Positions 62,758-64,000 of a stretch of 64,000 nucleotides of DNA are shown piece by piece. This DNA is from Polyangiales bacterium (GTDB lineage Bacteria > Myxococcota_A > Polyangia > Polyangiales > JADJQN01), in NCBI GenBank assembly GCA_964202905.1, contig CAXNJO010000012.1, positions 64,001 through 128,000 on the forward strand. Reading direction: 5' to 3'. The position numbers and the translations under genes are program-made. The first letter of the stretch is position 1; every line of letters starts with the position of its first letter. The notes under the pieces were generated by a model that was given only the letters and a program-made list of their open reading frames with translations, was not told the DNA's origin and made no database searches.

Positions 62758-64000
62758 CATGAGTGATCGGTTAAAGCGCGCGCCTTCGAGAAAGCTTGTT
62801 CTTCGCGCGGGCGGGGGCCTTCCAGCCGCGGAGTTGATCGAGAATCGATGGCTTGCTCCTCCAGTTCGGGTCCTTTCCCACGTGCACGATCACGGCGGCG
62901 AGGTGTTCCCACTCACGGGCGGCGGCTTCGCCCTCGAGGTGGAACGCACACGCGATGCGGTAGGCACATTGCGCGACCATGAGCGCAACGAGCCGGTGGT
63001 GCAGCGGTGCCTCGTTCCGCGGACCTGCGGCGGGCCGATGCGCCAGGTTGTGTCGGTGGACGATCGAGCCGATCAGGACCGACGCGATCATGGAGGCGTG
63101 CAGCAGCGCGTTCACGGCCGCAGGGCGCTGCGCGTCGATCTCGTCGAGTCGCAGATTCGACTTGTCGAGTTTGTTGCTGCTCTCGACCTCCCAGCGCACG
63201 CGGTAGAGGTCGGCCACCGAGTGCGGGCCGACCGAGCGCGGCAGGTTCGTCAGGTAGAAGCGATGACCTTTGGTAGGCGCGAGCACGCCGACGAGTCGCA
63301 TCGGGAGCGCGTCGCCCCCGAGGGTGACGTCGACGTCGATGACGTTGCCGACTTCGAGGAAGACGTCATCGAGGAAGAGATCGAGATCGGTCCCTGGCAC
63401 GAAGGTCTTCTTGAGGTCGGCGCGGGCGACTCTGGTGACCTTCGGCTTCCAGTTGTGCTTGAGCCGAACAACCACTTTCACGCCGAACTCCTGGCACCGT
63501 CGCAGGCGCTCGAAGCTTGCGTAGCCGAGGTCGACCAGGAGCCCCATCCCGCGCCAGCTCTCGTCGATCGTGAGATGGGTCGAGTCGTGTTCGCGCGCGG
63601 GACTGAAGTGGTAGTCGACGACCGTGCCGCAGCCGACCGAGACCGTCTTGTGAACCTTCACCGCGGCGTAGTCACCCGCGCCGGGATACACGGCCTGCAG
63701 CGCGGGATGGAGCTTCACCGTCGTGCTGTCGACGATGCGCCAGTCACGCACGCCGCCGAGCACACCGGGGAGATCCACCTCCTGGGCTCGCGCGAACGAG
63801 AGCGCGATCTGCGCGAGCTCCGCGGTCGCCTTCTCGAGCGGTGGCCCGAACCAGTCGTAGAACGAGCCGCGAGCGATCCTCGGCGCGCCCGCCTCGAAGT
63901 ACTGCCGCATCATGTCGGCCTGGCGTCCGCCCGAGGGGCTCGACGCCGACACCAGCATCGTGCGCAGAAACGTCAGCGCGTCGCGCTTCCGGTCGCGCTG
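62758..64000 (-). mobile_element. IS4-family insertion sequence (partial; right end at about 62758)
   Basis: Putative terminal IR CATGAGTGATCGGTTAA overlapping the transposase stop, IS231-like CAT...TTAA architecture. Confidence 0.8.
62771..64000 (-). CDS. IS4-family DDE transposase (5' end outside window)
   Basis: IVDSTT, LVDLGY, Y-x2-R-x3-E-x6-K signature ([15 protein letters not shown]); frame open to window edge. Confidence 0.92.
   Translation of the reverse strand, partial: QRDRKRDALTFLRTMLVSASSPSGGRQADMMRQYFEAGAPRIARGSFYDWFGPPLEKATAELAQIALSFARAQEVDLPGVLGGVRDWRIVDSTTVKLHPALQAVYPGAGDYAAVKVHKTVSVGCGTVVDYHFSPAREHDSTHLTIDESWRGMGLLVDLGYASFERLRRCQEFGVKVVVRLKHNWKPKVTRVARADLKKTFVPGTDLDLFLDDVFLEVGNVIDVDVTLGGDALPMRLVGVLAPTKGHRFYLTNLPRSVGPHSVADLYRVRWEVESSNKLDKSNLRLDEIDAQRPAAVNALLHASMIASVLIGSIVHRHNLAHRPAAGPRNEAPLHHRLVALMVAQCAYRIACAFHLEGEAAAREWEHLAAVIVHVGKDPNWRSKPSILDQLRGWKAPARAKNKLSRRRAL

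Overview
Very GC-rich chromosomal DNA. The gene content (AglRQS-type motors, a MYXO-CTERM protein, a TIGR04552-like protein, a PEGA kinase) points to Myxococcota, probably Polyangiales/Sandaracinaceae-like (inference). Left to right: (1) MoxR AAA+/ABC-exporter operon; (2) cytochrome c and a receptor-less chemosensory operon (cheB-cheA-cheW-cheR-cheX-tandem REC-HDOD); (3) MFS transporter, HAD phosphatase and a lone REC protein; (4) a permuted SpoIVB/S55 protease paired with a beta-propeller protein; (5) a lipoprotein and a Ser/Thr kinase; (6) a RelA/SpoT-synthetase-like protein with a small upstream membrane peptide, divergent from lon plus a membrane metallopeptidase; (7) soluble MCP/CheY/CheX next to two back-to-back three-gene TolQ/TolR/TolR (AglRQS-like) motor operons; (8) rhodanese-MauE, matrixin, OmpA, sulfatase-like, xseB, O-acyltransferase, HEAT protein, ribF and a PDZ/NuoH-like fusion; (9) tRNA-Ala(GGC) and an IS4-family element running off the window end. 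About eight genes carry single-base frameshifts that look like long-read indel errors. No CRISPR array or rRNA was seen. All family assignments come from motif recognition by eye, not database searches.
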